Assembly: GCA_035327545.1 (NCBI GenBank)
Contig: DAOLDE010000007.1
Span: forward strand, 90,286 to 154,285
Direction of reading: 5' to 3'
Length of the DNA stretch: 64,000 nucleotides
Source of the DNA: Pyrinomonadaceae bacterium
GTDB taxonomy: Bacteria; Acidobacteriota; Blastocatellia; Pyrinomonadales; Pyrinomonadaceae
Positions 39,696 to 48,938 of the stretch are shown one piece after another; within the stretch, counting starts at the first letter, position 1, and the number at the start of each line of letters is the position of its first letter. The notes beneath the pieces are model-generated. The model made no database searches, was not told the origin of the DNA, and worked only from the letters and a program-made list of their open reading frames with translations. The position numbers were made by a program, and so were the translations under genes.

Positions 39696-40181
39696 CTATG
39701 GCCGACACAATCCTGTACTGTTGCAAGTCGTCGACGGACAGTCCAGATTTGGGGCCGCCTGGCAAGCGAGATCACTGACACAGTTACAGGATGTCGATGC
39801 CATGGCCGTAGGCGGAGCAACAAGCGAAGCGATCACCGGCAATGCCACCATCGAGGTTAATCCGATCTTTTTGATCACGTCACGCCGACTCATGCCATTA
39901 AGCTGAGCCTCGACGGCCTTTTCCAGCAGATCGTTCTCGTTAAGTTGATCGATGGCGAGCCAAACTAGGTCGTCCGATACCTTTTCACCAGCTTGGGAAC
40001 TTACGAATTCGGCTATCTCAGAAACGTTCCGACTTCCGTTGCACGCCTGCCAAACGTAAGCCGCAGTCTTGTTCAAACAGTGGGCTTTGTTGGTCCCCAT
40101 ATCGTAAACCAACAACTCGTCAAGCGCTTCCTGGATGACCAGTCCCGTTTTGCGGGCTGCGGGGTTAAGCGGTTTGTTCAT
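39696..40181 (-). CDS. PqqD-family (RRE) domain protein fused to a Tat-signal-like hydrophobic segment and a six-Cys C-terminal peptide
   Basis: PqqD-like LVIQEALDELLVYDMGTNKAHCLNKTAAYVWQACNGSRNVSEIAEFV...LVWLAIDQLNENDLL, then SRRDVIKKIGLTSMVALPVIASLVAPPTAMA, then STSCNCVSDLACQAAPNLDCPSTTCNSTGLCRP. ATG 40181 has a GGAGGAG RBS; the ORF-track start 40193 is TTG. Confidence 0.7.
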   Translation of the reverse strand: MNKPLNPAARKTGLVIQEALDELLVYDMGTNKAHCLNKTAAYVWQACNGSRNVSEIAEFVSSQAGEKVSDDLVWLAIDQLNENDLLEKAVEAQLNGMSRRDVIKKIGLTSMVALPVIASLVAPPTAMASTSCNCVSDLACQAAPNLDCPSTTCNSTGLCRP

Positions 40182-40216
40182 CTTCTCCTCCAATCAAATA
40201 CCTAACTCTAATAGAG

Positions 40217-41068
40217 TTACGTCATTTTAGCTAATTTAGTATGTTTGTCAAAAAAATCCAACAGGAATTTAGCGAATTTTCCTGCCTCGCCGCGAGGCGA
40301 CCTTACCATTATTGCACGTTGTGCGACTAAATCCAATACTTTCAGTGAAAAAGCCGGATCCTGCCGCATTGTCAACGTGTTTGGGATAAGCTCCATGATC
40401 CCGGCTCCAACCCCTAGCTCTTCCGGCATCCATTTGCTGCCTTTCGAAAAGCGAGTGAACAACACCATTCCGACCGGAATACAATGCCTGCCCTGAACTC
40501 CCCCAAGGGCCTCAGCAGAAACGCCCGTCTCACCGTTATCGCCGGCAAGACGTAGTGATATCAAACGCGGAAACGGTCCCACTTTCCCGGTTTTGTCTAT
40601 CACGGCGTATTCATCGGAGTAATACTCTGCCCCGTTTCTCACGAGTTCTGCCGTCAATGTCGACTTACCCGCAAAGCTGACTCCTGGAAGAACTATCGCT
40701 TTGCCGTTCCAGCCCACAACACCAGCGTGAATGAACACGCGATGCTTGGTATGTTCGGCTACCTCAAGTCGCAGTTTATGGTTCAAAAACTGCAGGAAAT
40801 GCCGTTCGGAAGGCCCGGAGTCCAGCAAGATCCCGTTTCGATATAAAGCCAAATTCCCATTCTCCGAAACCAGCCTGAACCGATGTTCAATGCCCGCATT
40901 CGGGTCAGCAACAATTCTCGCCCTGCCGCCAAACGCCGCTTTGACCAATTTCTGCGACTTTTCAAGCAAAGTTTCGTGGTCGCTTTCCAAACTGATAGGA
41001 ACGCCAAAGGCCACGAAAGAGAACCGCCTGCCAAAATCACGAGGTGCCGATGGTCGCGCTTTCGACAT
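40217..41068 (-). CDS. HPr kinase/phosphorylase-related kinase (C-terminal kinase domain only)
   Basis: IHAGVVGWNGKAIVLPGVSFAGKSTLTAELVRNGAEYYSDEYAVID is an HprK-type P-loop. Start taken at MSKARPS (41068). The ORF-track N-extension to 41434 overlaps the upstream gene and is Arg/Ser-rich junk. Confidence 0.75.
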   Translation of the reverse strand: MSKARPSAPRDFGRRFSFVAFGVPISLESDHETLLEKSQKLVKAAFGGRARIVADPNAGIEHRFRLVSENGNLALYRNGILLDSGPSERHFLQFLNHKLRLEVAEHTKHRVFIHAGVVGWNGKAIVLPGVSFAGKSTLTAELVRNGAEYYSDEYAVIDKTGKVGPFPRLISLRLAGDNGETGVSAEALGGVQGRHCIPVGMVLFTRFSKGSKWMPEELGVGAGIMELIPNTLTMRQDPAFSLKVLDLVAQRAIMVRSPRGEAGKFAKFLLDFFDKHTKLAKMT

Positions 41069-41124
41069 TAAGCAATGATAAAACTGCCGATTTACTGGAA
41101 ATCTAACATTTCCATCACTTGAGG

Positions 41125-42165
41125 TCAACGCTTTTTTCTCAAGCCACAGAATAAGACGACTGTAGAGGTAACAACCATGCTTATTAAAAGAATAAAGTAT
41201 GAGCCTGTTCCGAGAGATCGGTGGGCCAGGAAACTTGCTGCGACTAGAGCCCCTGCGCCAGCGAAAAGCAGGGTTACCGAAGCATGGCTTGTTCCGGCTA
41301 TCACCATCCGCTGATAGAGGTGCTGACGGTGCGCGATCCAGACCTTTTCTCCCTTTTTGAGCCGCGCAGCTAATGTGAACAGGGTATCGAAAAGAAAGAG
41401 CCAGACGAATGAAACTCCGGCAGCCAACAACCATCCCGATCCTTCCTCATTGGAACTACGGGTCATTACAGGAAGCACTGCAAATGAAAAGCCCAAAAAG
41501 GCGCTTCCGACGTCGCCCATGAATATTCTGGCAGGGCTCCAGTTGTGAACCAGAAATCCCAAGCAGGAAAAGGCGAGTATCGCTCCTACGATGGTGATGA
41601 CGGGGTCGCCAAGCAAAAAGCCAAGAATTGCCCACGAAATGCCTGCTACCACCCCCTGGGATCCGGCGATGCCGTCGATCCCATCCATAAAGTTGTAGGC
41701 ATTGATCATCCAGACTATCCATAAAAAGGTGATCAGCACGCCAAGCCAGCCCAAGTGGAGCATATTGCTGCTGAATGGTATCGGCAGAGACGTAAAATGG
41801 CCGATTCCGACAATGACAAGTACAGCAGCGCCCGCTTGAGCAAAAAGGCGGAGAAGCGGGGGAACCGTATGTTTGTCGTCCAGCCAGCTTATACCCGCAA
41901 CAACGCCGCCGCCGACAACGAACCACCAACTCGCGTGAAAGCCGATCGCATGTGCCGAGGCTACATACAGACCTAGACAGACCAGGACTATCACGACCCC
42001 GCCGCCCCGGGGAACAGGCGATGAGTGTGAACTGCGCTCGTTGGGGTGGTCAAGCAACCCCGTCCTTGCGGCATAGCGACGGAACAAAGCCACTCCAAAA
42101 GCAGTAGCCAGGAACGACACAATGGCCACTATCGGCAGGCCTATCGATATAAGATCACCGAACAT
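41125..42165 (-). CDS. undecaprenyl-phosphate HexNAc-1-phosphate transferase (WecA/WbpL, MraY-like family)
   Basis: About 10 TM segments. NAYNFMDGIDGIAG and FMGDVGS motifs. Confidence 0.8.
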   Translation of the reverse strand: MFGDLISIGLPIVAIVSFLATAFGVALFRRYAARTGLLDHPNERSSHSSPVPRGGGVVIVLVCLGLYVASAHAIGFHASWWFVVGGGVVAGISWLDDKHTVPPLLRLFAQAGAAVLVIVGIGHFTSLPIPFSSNMLHLGWLGVLITFLWIVWMINAYNFMDGIDGIAGSQGVVAGISWAILGFLLGDPVITIVGAILAFSCLGFLVHNWSPARIFMGDVGSAFLGFSFAVLPVMTRSSNEEGSGWLLAAGVSFVWLFLFDTLFTLAARLKKGEKVWIAHRQHLYQRMVIAGTSHASVTLLFAGAGALVAASFLAHRSLGTGSYFILLISMVVTSTVVLFCGLRKKR

Positions 42166-42177
42166 TTGTGGTTCTTT

Positions 42178-43401
42178 CTAAAGGAGAGCGCTACGGTATC
42201 TTTCGATCGCGACATCGATCGAATATTTGGATTCGGCAGCACGTCTTGCTCTGAGGCCCTTTTCTTTGAGATCGACATCTTCCACCGCCTCTCTGATCGC
42301 CTTGACCAGTCCGTGCGCATCACCCGGCGGAACTATCCATCCGACGCTTTCCTCCTCGATGACTCGAGCTAGTTCCGACCCATCCTCCGTGATGCCGATC
42401 ATCGGCTTGCCGGCCGCAAGGATGTTGTAAGTTCGGCTCGGCATCGAAACGCCCAGCATCTTTGGGACCAGCGAGATCAGGGCAACATCGCATCCATTCA
42501 AGAAATCCTTCTGTTCGCTTCGCGGCCTAGGTTCCAAAAACGTCACATTTGACAGAGAGAGCTTTCTTACTTTGTTCTGGGCAAGCCTTTTCTTCATTCC
42601 AGATCCCAAAAATACGAAATGAAACCGTTTTTCGTTTCTGAGCAGATCCGCTGCGCCAATGACCGACTCAATGTCGTTTGGCGGCCCCATGTTGCCCGCA
42701 TACAACATGATGAACTTCTCCTTTAGCTCAAGTTCCTCCAGGAGTCTGTTCGTTTCACGCGGCATCGGCTCGACCGATTCGAGTTCTGCCCAGTTCGGAA
42801 TGACGGCTATCGGCACGTCGAGGCCAGCGCTTTTCTTTCCTACAAGTTCCAACATATCGCGTCCCACAACGATGATCCGCTCAGCGTGTTTGTAAAGCCA
42901 TCTGTTAAAGATCGTCAGGATCCTTGCTATCAGCGAGTTTTCACTTATTTTACCGGCAGCGACCAAGATCTCCGGGTAGTTATCGTGGATCAGCAACGTA
43001 TAACCTGCGCCTCGCAGTAATGAAGCGGCAGCAGCGACAAAAGGCATGGCCGGAGGGTTAGTTACAACAAGGACTTTGTCGTGCCTTTCGAGTTTTCTTG
43101 CCAGCAAAAATAATATTGTCGTACTGAGGGTGAACATATTGACGAGCCGATAGAAAATAACGTTCTTGTCGAGCCGCGAACCCGCGACGCGAAAGATCCG
43201 CACGCCATTTCTTTCTTCCCGTTTTGGTGCGATCGTACCACGGGCAGAATAATTCGGCTGGCCGCTCACCGCCATTACCTCAAACTCGTCGGTAAGGGCT
43301 TCGGCAATACGCGTCAGATAGTACCCAGTGGACGTTTCTTCCGGGTAATACAACTCTGAAATGACCCAGAGTCGTGCTTTACTCATTTCCTTTGAGGACA
43401 T
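42178..43401 (-). CDS. glycosyltransferase family 4, WbuB-like
   Basis: LWVISELYYPEETSTGYYLTRIAEAL N-terminus is typical of WbuB-type L-FucNAc transferases. C-terminal E-x7-E region. Confidence 0.75.
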   Translation of the reverse strand: MSSKEMSKARLWVISELYYPEETSTGYYLTRIAEALTDEFEVMAVSGQPNYSARGTIAPKREERNGVRIFRVAGSRLDKNVIFYRLVNMFTLSTTILFLLARKLERHDKVLVVTNPPAMPFVAAAASLLRGAGYTLLIHDNYPEILVAAGKISENSLIARILTIFNRWLYKHAERIIVVGRDMLELVGKKSAGLDVPIAVIPNWAELESVEPMPRETNRLLEELELKEKFIMLYAGNMGPPNDIESVIGAADLLRNEKRFHFVFLGSGMKKRLAQNKVRKLSLSNVTFLEPRPRSEQKDFLNGCDVALISLVPKMLGVSMPSRTYNILAAGKPMIGITEDGSELARVIEEESVGWIVPPGDAHGLVKAIREAVEDVDLKEKGLRARRAAESKYSIDVAIERYRSALL

Positions 43402-43598
43402 TCAGCTTTGCACAGCATTTCAAACGTCCGAATAAGAATTTCAGTCCGGAAACGATCGATCGACTCGATCCCCTTTACGCGTTGCCTGCGCGCGAGATCC
43501 GAAATGATTATGAAAGACGTTTGCGGTCGTTTTCTCATGCGGTCGAAAAGAATCTACAATACAACAATCCTCGACTCATCTGCTATTCTTGGCCAGTT

Positions 43599-44711
43599 AT
43601 GAAGGTCTTCTTTCCGGTAGAGGTCTTTTTTCCTTCTCAAGCGGGCGGGCCCGCAAACACTGTCTATTGGCTTGCAAAGAATCTTTCAGAACGAGGGTTT
43701 GAGCCGATTGTCGTTTCCACGGACAAGGGCCTGCATGGGTCAGTGAAACTCAACAAATGGACACACATGGATGCCGGGCGTACCATATATGTAAAGACAA
43801 GATTTCTCCACTTCCCCATTGGCCAAACGATCATGGCACTTGCGAATTTTCTTCGTGCCGACGTGATTCACCTATCTTCCGTGTTTTTCCCGACGGCTTT
43901 TATCACGGGACTGGCCGCGCGCCTTTTTCAAAAACCGCTGGCATGGTCGCCGAGAGGCGAGTTGTCCGATTACTCTCTGAACTATTCCGGCAAGCGAAAG
44001 CGGCCGATCCTTTTTATGATCAGGAAATTGATCGGCCGATATCCTCTCTTTCATTCGACCTCAGAAGAAGAGACGCAAGATATTCGTCGGGTCTTTGGTG
44101 CCAGCGCACGGGTCGTTATGATACCCAACTTTGTCGAACTGGAACCGGCACTTTCACGCGAACCTGGTGACTATTTTCTCTCTATTGGGAGACTTCATCC
44201 GAAAAAAGCCGTTGATAATCTGATCAGGGCTGTCGCCGGAGCAGAAGCATTCCTGAAGTCAAACCTTCAGCTATGGATCGCGGGCAAAGGCAAACCCGAA
44301 TATGAGGCAAAGCTTCGCTCCTTGGTCACGGAACTTGGACTTGAGGAGAAGATCCGATTTCTCGGGCAGGTGGAAGGGGCGGCGAAGCACCAGATCCTTG
44401 CGAACGCCAAATTCACCTTTATGCCGTCCCATTCGGAAAACTTCGGAATTGTAGTGCTGGAATCGCTTGCCCAGGGAACACCAGTTGTGGCTTCGCATCA
44501 CACGCCCTGGGAGTCGCTGGAAAAAGAAAAGGTCGGCTTTTCAACGGGAAATTCACCGGAAGAGCTGACTGCGGCGATAGAACGGGTTCTGACGCTCCAC
44601 GACGAAGAATACGAAGCATTTCGGAAACGAGGTAAGGAATATGTCAGGCGCGAGTTCGACATCCGGGACAATATGGACAAGTGGCTCGATTTCTATGAGC
44701 GGTTGAGGTGA
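43599..44711 (+). CDS. glycosyltransferase family 4
   Basis: MKVFFPVEVFFPSQAGGPANTVYWLAKNL...PSHSENFGIVVLESLAQGTPVV (GT4 EX7E). ATG 43599 is preferred to 43374. Confidence 0.8.
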   Translation: MKVFFPVEVFFPSQAGGPANTVYWLAKNLSERGFEPIVVSTDKGLHGSVKLNKWTHMDAGRTIYVKTRFLHFPIGQTIMALANFLRADVIHLSSVFFPTAFITGLAARLFQKPLAWSPRGELSDYSLNYSGKRKRPILFMIRKLIGRYPLFHSTSEEETQDIRRVFGASARVVMIPNFVELEPALSREPGDYFLSIGRLHPKKAVDNLIRAVAGAEAFLKSNLQLWIAGKGKPEYEAKLRSLVTELGLEEKIRFLGQVEGAAKHQILANAKFTFMPSHSENFGIVVLESLAQGTPVVASHHTPWESLEKEKVGFSTGNSPEELTAAIERVLTLHDEEYEAFRKRGKEYVRREFDIRDNMDKWLDFYERLR

Positions 44712-44721
44712 AGGCTCTAGG

Positions 44722-45822
44722 CTAATTGGCGTGCCTTCGCACGCTGGTGTGTCCAAGAACGATCTTTGCGACGGTTTGCGAAACGTGAGTTTCCATATAT
44801 TCACGGGGTGGAACCCAGTCGGGCGGATGCGACAATGCTAAAGAAGTCGACCGCTCTATCGCTTCCGGATCGCTGCCGCTGAGGATGTTACTCCCGCACT
44901 CTACGGTCTCGGGACGTTCAGTCACGTCGCGAAGCGTAACATTAGGCACTCGAAGGATCGCACACTCCTCCTGTACCGTGCCGCTGTCGGTCAGTACTGC
45001 AAGCGCATTCTTTTCAAGCTTAATGAAATCTATGAATCCAAGGGGATCGAGCAGCATTATGCGTTCAGGGTTGACGACGAACCCAAATTCGGACAGCCGC
45101 GACGCGGTTCGGGGATGGACACTGACGAGCACTTTCTTATCGAACTTGACCGACAGCCTAGACAAACCCTCAAAGATCATGGCAAGGCGGTCGCGTTCGT
45201 TAGTGTTCTCAGCACGGTGAAGTGTTACGAGGAAAAATTCATATTTTCTGATACCGAATTTTTCTAACGCGTTACTTGCCTCGATCTTCGCCTCCCAAAT
45301 GGTCAGCACTTCAGCTATCGGATTTCCCGTTACAAAAATACGCTCTTTCTCGATCCCTTCGGCCAGGAGATTCGCACGGCTTCTTTCGGTATATGGCAAG
45401 AGGATCGTGCTGGAGTGGTCGATTATCCTTCTGTTAACCTCTTCCGGAACCCTGTCGTCATAGCATCGGTTCCCCGCCTCCATATGATAGACCGGAATAC
45501 CGCGACGGGCGGCGACGATCGCGGACAACGCGCTGTTAGTATCGCCCAGTATGAGTATTCTTTCGGGTTTGCGGGTGCTCAGGACTTCATCGATCCGTGT
45601 GATTATTTGACCCGCCTGCTCGCCGAAATGGTTTGACCGGATCCCAAGGTGCTCGTCCGGCTGACGGACCTCAAGCTCTTGAAAGAATATGTCACTCAGG
45701 CTCTGTTCGTAATTCTGTCCCGTGTGGACCATCAGGTGGTCGCAATGCTGATCGAGGATCTTCATTACGGCGGATAGCCGAATTATCTCGGGTCTCGTCC
45801 CGAAGATCGTCATGACTTTCAT
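44722..45822 (-). CDS. non-hydrolysing UDP-HexNAc 2-epimerase (WecB/FnlC/CapG family)
   Basis: MKVMTIFGTRPEIIRLSAV...LGDTNSAL...TDSGTVQEE. Confidence 0.85.
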   Translation of the reverse strand: MKVMTIFGTRPEIIRLSAVMKILDQHCDHLMVHTGQNYEQSLSDIFFQELEVRQPDEHLGIRSNHFGEQAGQIITRIDEVLSTRKPERILILGDTNSALSAIVAARRGIPVYHMEAGNRCYDDRVPEEVNRRIIDHSSTILLPYTERSRANLLAEGIEKERIFVTGNPIAEVLTIWEAKIEASNALEKFGIRKYEFFLVTLHRAENTNERDRLAMIFEGLSRLSVKFDKKVLVSVHPRTASRLSEFGFVVNPERIMLLDPLGFIDFIKLEKNALAVLTDSGTVQEECAILRVPNVTLRDVTERPETVECGSNILSGSDPEAIERSTSLALSHPPDWVPPREYMETHVSQTVAKIVLGHTSVRRHAN

Positions 45823-45848
45823 AGATTCCCAGGTGATGGCTCAATCGA

Positions 45849-46904
45849 TCAAACGGACGCGAACCGATGGATCTCTGCCGACGAAGCTGCGAGCAGCTCA
45901 CGAAGCTGCTCGACCGTAAGATTATTATTCTTCGACGAATATTCTTCAGAAAGTGCGGGTTCGGTGTCGATATCGGATCTCAGCTCAGGCAGCACTGGCT
46001 GGATCGCAAAATATTCGCCTTCCGATCTGGTACGGAAGCACTCTTCTTCAGAAACCATGATCTCGTGGATCTTTTCGCCGGGCCTGATGCCGGTAAAATT
46101 TATAGGTAGCTCCTCTTCGCCCATCATCGCTCTGGCAAGATCGATGATCTTTGCCGATGGGACCTGAGGCACAAATGTCTCACCCGTTCGGCCTGCTTCC
46201 AGCACCGCAAAAACCGTGTCAACAGCACGGTCAAGGCTGAGCAAGAACCGTGTCATTTCAGGCAGCGTAACAGTCAGCGGCCGTCGGTTCCTGATCTGCT
46301 CGGCGAATAGCGGGACGATCGAGCCGCGCGATGCGATCACATTTCCATAACGAACACAAACAAAACGCGTATCAGGCAAACGGCGGTTAGCTTCGACGAA
46401 GACGCGTTCCTGCAAGGCTTTGGTCATTCCCATGACGTTGATCGGCTTACAAGCCTTGTCGGTCGAAATGCCTACCACGGCCTCGATCTTATGGCCATTC
46501 TCACGAATTGCCCGTACAACATTTTGAGCCCCGCCGATATTCGTTTGAACTGCCTCAAAAGGAAAATACTCGCATGACGGCACTTGCTTGAGCGCGGCCG
46601 CATGAAAAACTATATCTGTGTCGCGAAGAGCAGCGCTGACCGCGCCCAGGTCTCGAACGTCACCGATAGTGAAGTCAAGGATGTCTTCAGCCTCGTGATA
46701 AATTACCTCGTCCGTTGCGACCGACCGGTTCTGGAGATCCAGTCGCATATAGTGTTGTTTCGCCTCGTCGCGAGAAAACACCGTGATCCGCTCAGGCAGG
46801 CCCTTTTCACCTGTAAGCAGCCGTCGGACAAGGGTCTTTCCAAGCGAGCCGGTCCCGCCTGTCACCAGGATCTTTTTACCTTTTAATGATTCGATCTTCT
46901 CCAT
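45849..46904 (-). CDS. UDP-GlcNAc 4,6-dehydratase/5-epimerase (FnlA/CapE/WbjB-like, CapD family)
   Basis: KKILVTGGTGSLGKTLVRRLL...HAAALKQVP...STDKACKPINVMGMTKAL. ATG 46904 is preferred to 46955. Confidence 0.85.
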   Translation of the reverse strand: MEKIESLKGKKILVTGGTGSLGKTLVRRLLTGEKGLPERITVFSRDEAKQHYMRLDLQNRSVATDEVIYHEAEDILDFTIGDVRDLGAVSAALRDTDIVFHAAALKQVPSCEYFPFEAVQTNIGGAQNVVRAIRENGHKIEAVVGISTDKACKPINVMGMTKALQERVFVEANRRLPDTRFVCVRYGNVIASRGSIVPLFAEQIRNRRPLTVTLPEMTRFLLSLDRAVDTVFAVLEAGRTGETFVPQVPSAKIIDLARAMMGEEELPINFTGIRPGEKIHEIMVSEEECFRTRSEGEYFAIQPVLPELRSDIDTEPALSEEYSSKNNNLTVEQLRELLAASSAEIHRFASV

Positions 46905-47770
46905 TCTTTGTAGGGCGTCGGGTCCGATGCCATTAAGTCGATCATCTTCTCCCACGATAAGGGTGCGTAGGAAGTTGCCGCTCTGAATCGATCCGAATTC
47001 AAGCTTCGGTCTATAACTACGTTCTCCGTCCTTTCAATTGAGACCGGAAGATCGAATTTATCCCGGATCAATTCAAGAAGCCGGAATTTGTCGATCGGAG
47101 CGCTCGAAACATGGTACAAGCCGTTCAATTCAGGGTGCTTAACGATCAAGTCCCTGATTATATCGGCGAATACGATGGTTGGAAAGCCTGAGAACACGGC
47201 CCGTGCATAGCCGCTTACTCTCGATCCGCTGTTTGCGAAGAACCACTCTACAAGTCCCTGCGACGTTGCAAGCTCACGGCCAATTATCGAAGTTCGAATT
47301 GTAAGAACGTTGTCTGAAATGATCTCGCCTAGTGCCTTGCTGATCCCATATAGATCTCTGGCGTTCGGTTCGTCCGTCTCAGTGTATCCGCCGCGAATCC
47401 CGTCGAAAACACAATCAGTGCTGATCGTGATTAGTCTAAAACCAAGTTCTTGCCCGAGACGTGCGAGTCGATGCGGAAAGATCGAGTTAACGGTCAATGC
47501 GGAGATCACATCGTTCGAATTTGACGCTTGTTTAACGATACCAACAGCATTTACCACAACGTCCGGCAAGACGTCCCGCAATGTTGATTCAACTGATCCT
47601 TCATTCGAAACATCTACATTCGGCACGATCCTTGAGTCGTCAACAAAGCCGAATCTTGTGATCTGAGAAGCATCATTACGGACGGTTCCCCAAACCTCAT
47701 GGTCATTCCCGAGTGTTTGCACGATCTTGTGCCCGAGCATACCGGCTGTACCAAAAACGAGTACTCGCAT
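46883..47770 (-). CDS. RmlD-like SDR 4-reductase (FnlB/WbvR-type candidate)
   Basis: MRVLVFGTAGMLGHKIV Rossmann N-terminus, ISTDCVFDG, YGISKALGE (YxxxK). 295 aa. Confidence 0.75.
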   Translation of the reverse strand: MRVLVFGTAGMLGHKIVQTLGNDHEVWGTVRNDASQITRFGFVDDSRIVPNVDVSNEGSVESTLRDVLPDVVVNAVGIVKQASNSNDVISALTVNSIFPHRLARLGQELGFRLITISTDCVFDGIRGGYTETDEPNARDLYGISKALGEIISDNVLTIRTSIIGRELATSQGLVEWFFANSGSRVSGYARAVFSGFPTIVFADIIRDLIVKHPELNGLYHVSSAPIDKFRLLELIRDKFDLPVSIERTENVVIDRSLNSDRFRAATSYAPLSWEKMIDLMASDPTPYKEWRRSNH

Positions 47771-47894
47771 TAGAAATAGAGATGTATTTGCGTTTGAGTC
47801 AAACGTTCCGAATGATTGATGAAAACAATTTCGGGCTGTTAAGGTTGCGGCTGCTCGAAGGTATCAGCCGACACGCACCTGATTTCTGCCGCGA

Positions 47895-48899
47895 CTACGT
47901 GCCTTGATCTTCAGCAGCCAACATCCGATCGACGAGCTCACACCATATATGTGCCACGGTTATGTGCATTTCCTGGATCCGGGCTGTCCTGTCAGAAGGC
48001 ACCATTAATGACGCGTCCGACAACGAAGCAAGCTTCTTTCCCATTGAACCGGTCATTGCGATCACTTTACACCCGCGCTGTCGTGCTTCCATCACGGCAG
48101 AAATAACATTGGGCGAATTTCCACTTGTACTTATCGCGATCAAACAGTCTCCTTGGTTCGCTAATGCCTCCACCTGGCGTGCGAATACCCGGTCGAAACC
48201 ATAGTCATTGGCAAGGGCCGTAAGTGCGGAGGTGTCCGTGGTAAACGCAATGGCCGGCAATGCTCTCCGTTCCGTCTCGTATCTGCCGACAAATTCGGCA
48301 GCAATATGTTGAGCATCAGCTGCACTTCCGCCGTTGCCACATATGAGTATCTTCCCGCCAGAGCGAACAGTTTCCGTGATCATCGATCCACACTCGGTGA
48401 TCGTATCAACAAGGCCTTTCATCACGAGATCGGCTACCTCGAGATGCTGACGAAGCGAGTCCTCGATCACCCCGGAACTCTGTTCCACAGTTTGGGGCAC
48501 CCTTCTAATGCGTTCGAGAACCGAGGAACTTGAGTGGCCATCCACAAGCGGGATCGAGACAACCTTTCCCCCGTTTGCCTCGACGATATCGGAGCCAATT
48601 ATCTCGCCTGGTTTCCAGTCGCCCCCTTTCACCAGCACATCAGGCTTCAAGTGCCGTATTAACTTCTCAGGCGTAAGCTCTTCGAAAATAATGACTTCAT
48701 CAACCGACGAGAGTGCTAGCAATACCGCTTTACGGTCTTCCGCGGTCTGATAAGGGCGATCAGGGCCTTTGATCTTTCTTACGGACTCATCGCTGTTCAA
48801 TCCGACAATGAGCCGGGTGCCCAAAGACCTGGCCCGGTCGAGGAGCTCGACATGGCCGGGATGGAGAATATCAAAGCAGCCGTTCGTAAATACGATCAT
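47895..48899 (-). CDS. fusion protein: heptose-1-phosphate adenylyltransferase (HldC/RfaE-II) + phosphoheptose isomerase (GmhA, SIS domain)
   Basis: The N-half NGCFDILHPGHVELLDRARSLG...LVKGGDW is cytidylyltransferase-like. The C-half ILICGNGGSAADAQHIAAEFVGRY...ISTSGNSPNVI...IAMTG is GmhA/SIS-like. Confidence 0.8.
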   Translation of the reverse strand: MIVFTNGCFDILHPGHVELLDRARSLGTRLIVGLNSDESVRKIKGPDRPYQTAEDRKAVLLALSSVDEVIIFEELTPEKLIRHLKPDVLVKGGDWKPGEIIGSDIVEANGGKVVSIPLVDGHSSSSVLERIRRVPQTVEQSSGVIEDSLRQHLEVADLVMKGLVDTITECGSMITETVRSGGKILICGNGGSAADAQHIAAEFVGRYETERRALPAIAFTTDTSALTALANDYGFDRVFARQVEALANQGDCLIAISTSGNSPNVISAVMEARQRGCKVIAMTGSMGKKLASLSDASLMVPSDRTARIQEMHITVAHIWCELVDRMLAAEDQGT

Positions 48900-48938
48900 A
48901 AAGTCATGGACCGAAAGTCAGAAATTTCGTATATGTCC

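Noticed and set aside
39696-41068. Lasso-peptide (paeninodin-type) biosynthetic cluster
   Set aside because: PqqD + HPr-kinase-like + nucleotidyltransferase is reminiscent of these clusters. However, no Asn-synthetase-like lasso cyclase, no transglutaminase-like leader protease and no ABC exporter are present in the window, so the classical assignment is not supported.
41069-41434. N-terminal 122-aa extension of the HprK-like ORF (track start 41434)
   Set aside because: The extension overlaps the 3' end of the WecA/WbpL-like gene in another frame and is Arg/Ser/Cys-rich. The kinase homology only begins after MSKARPS at 41068.
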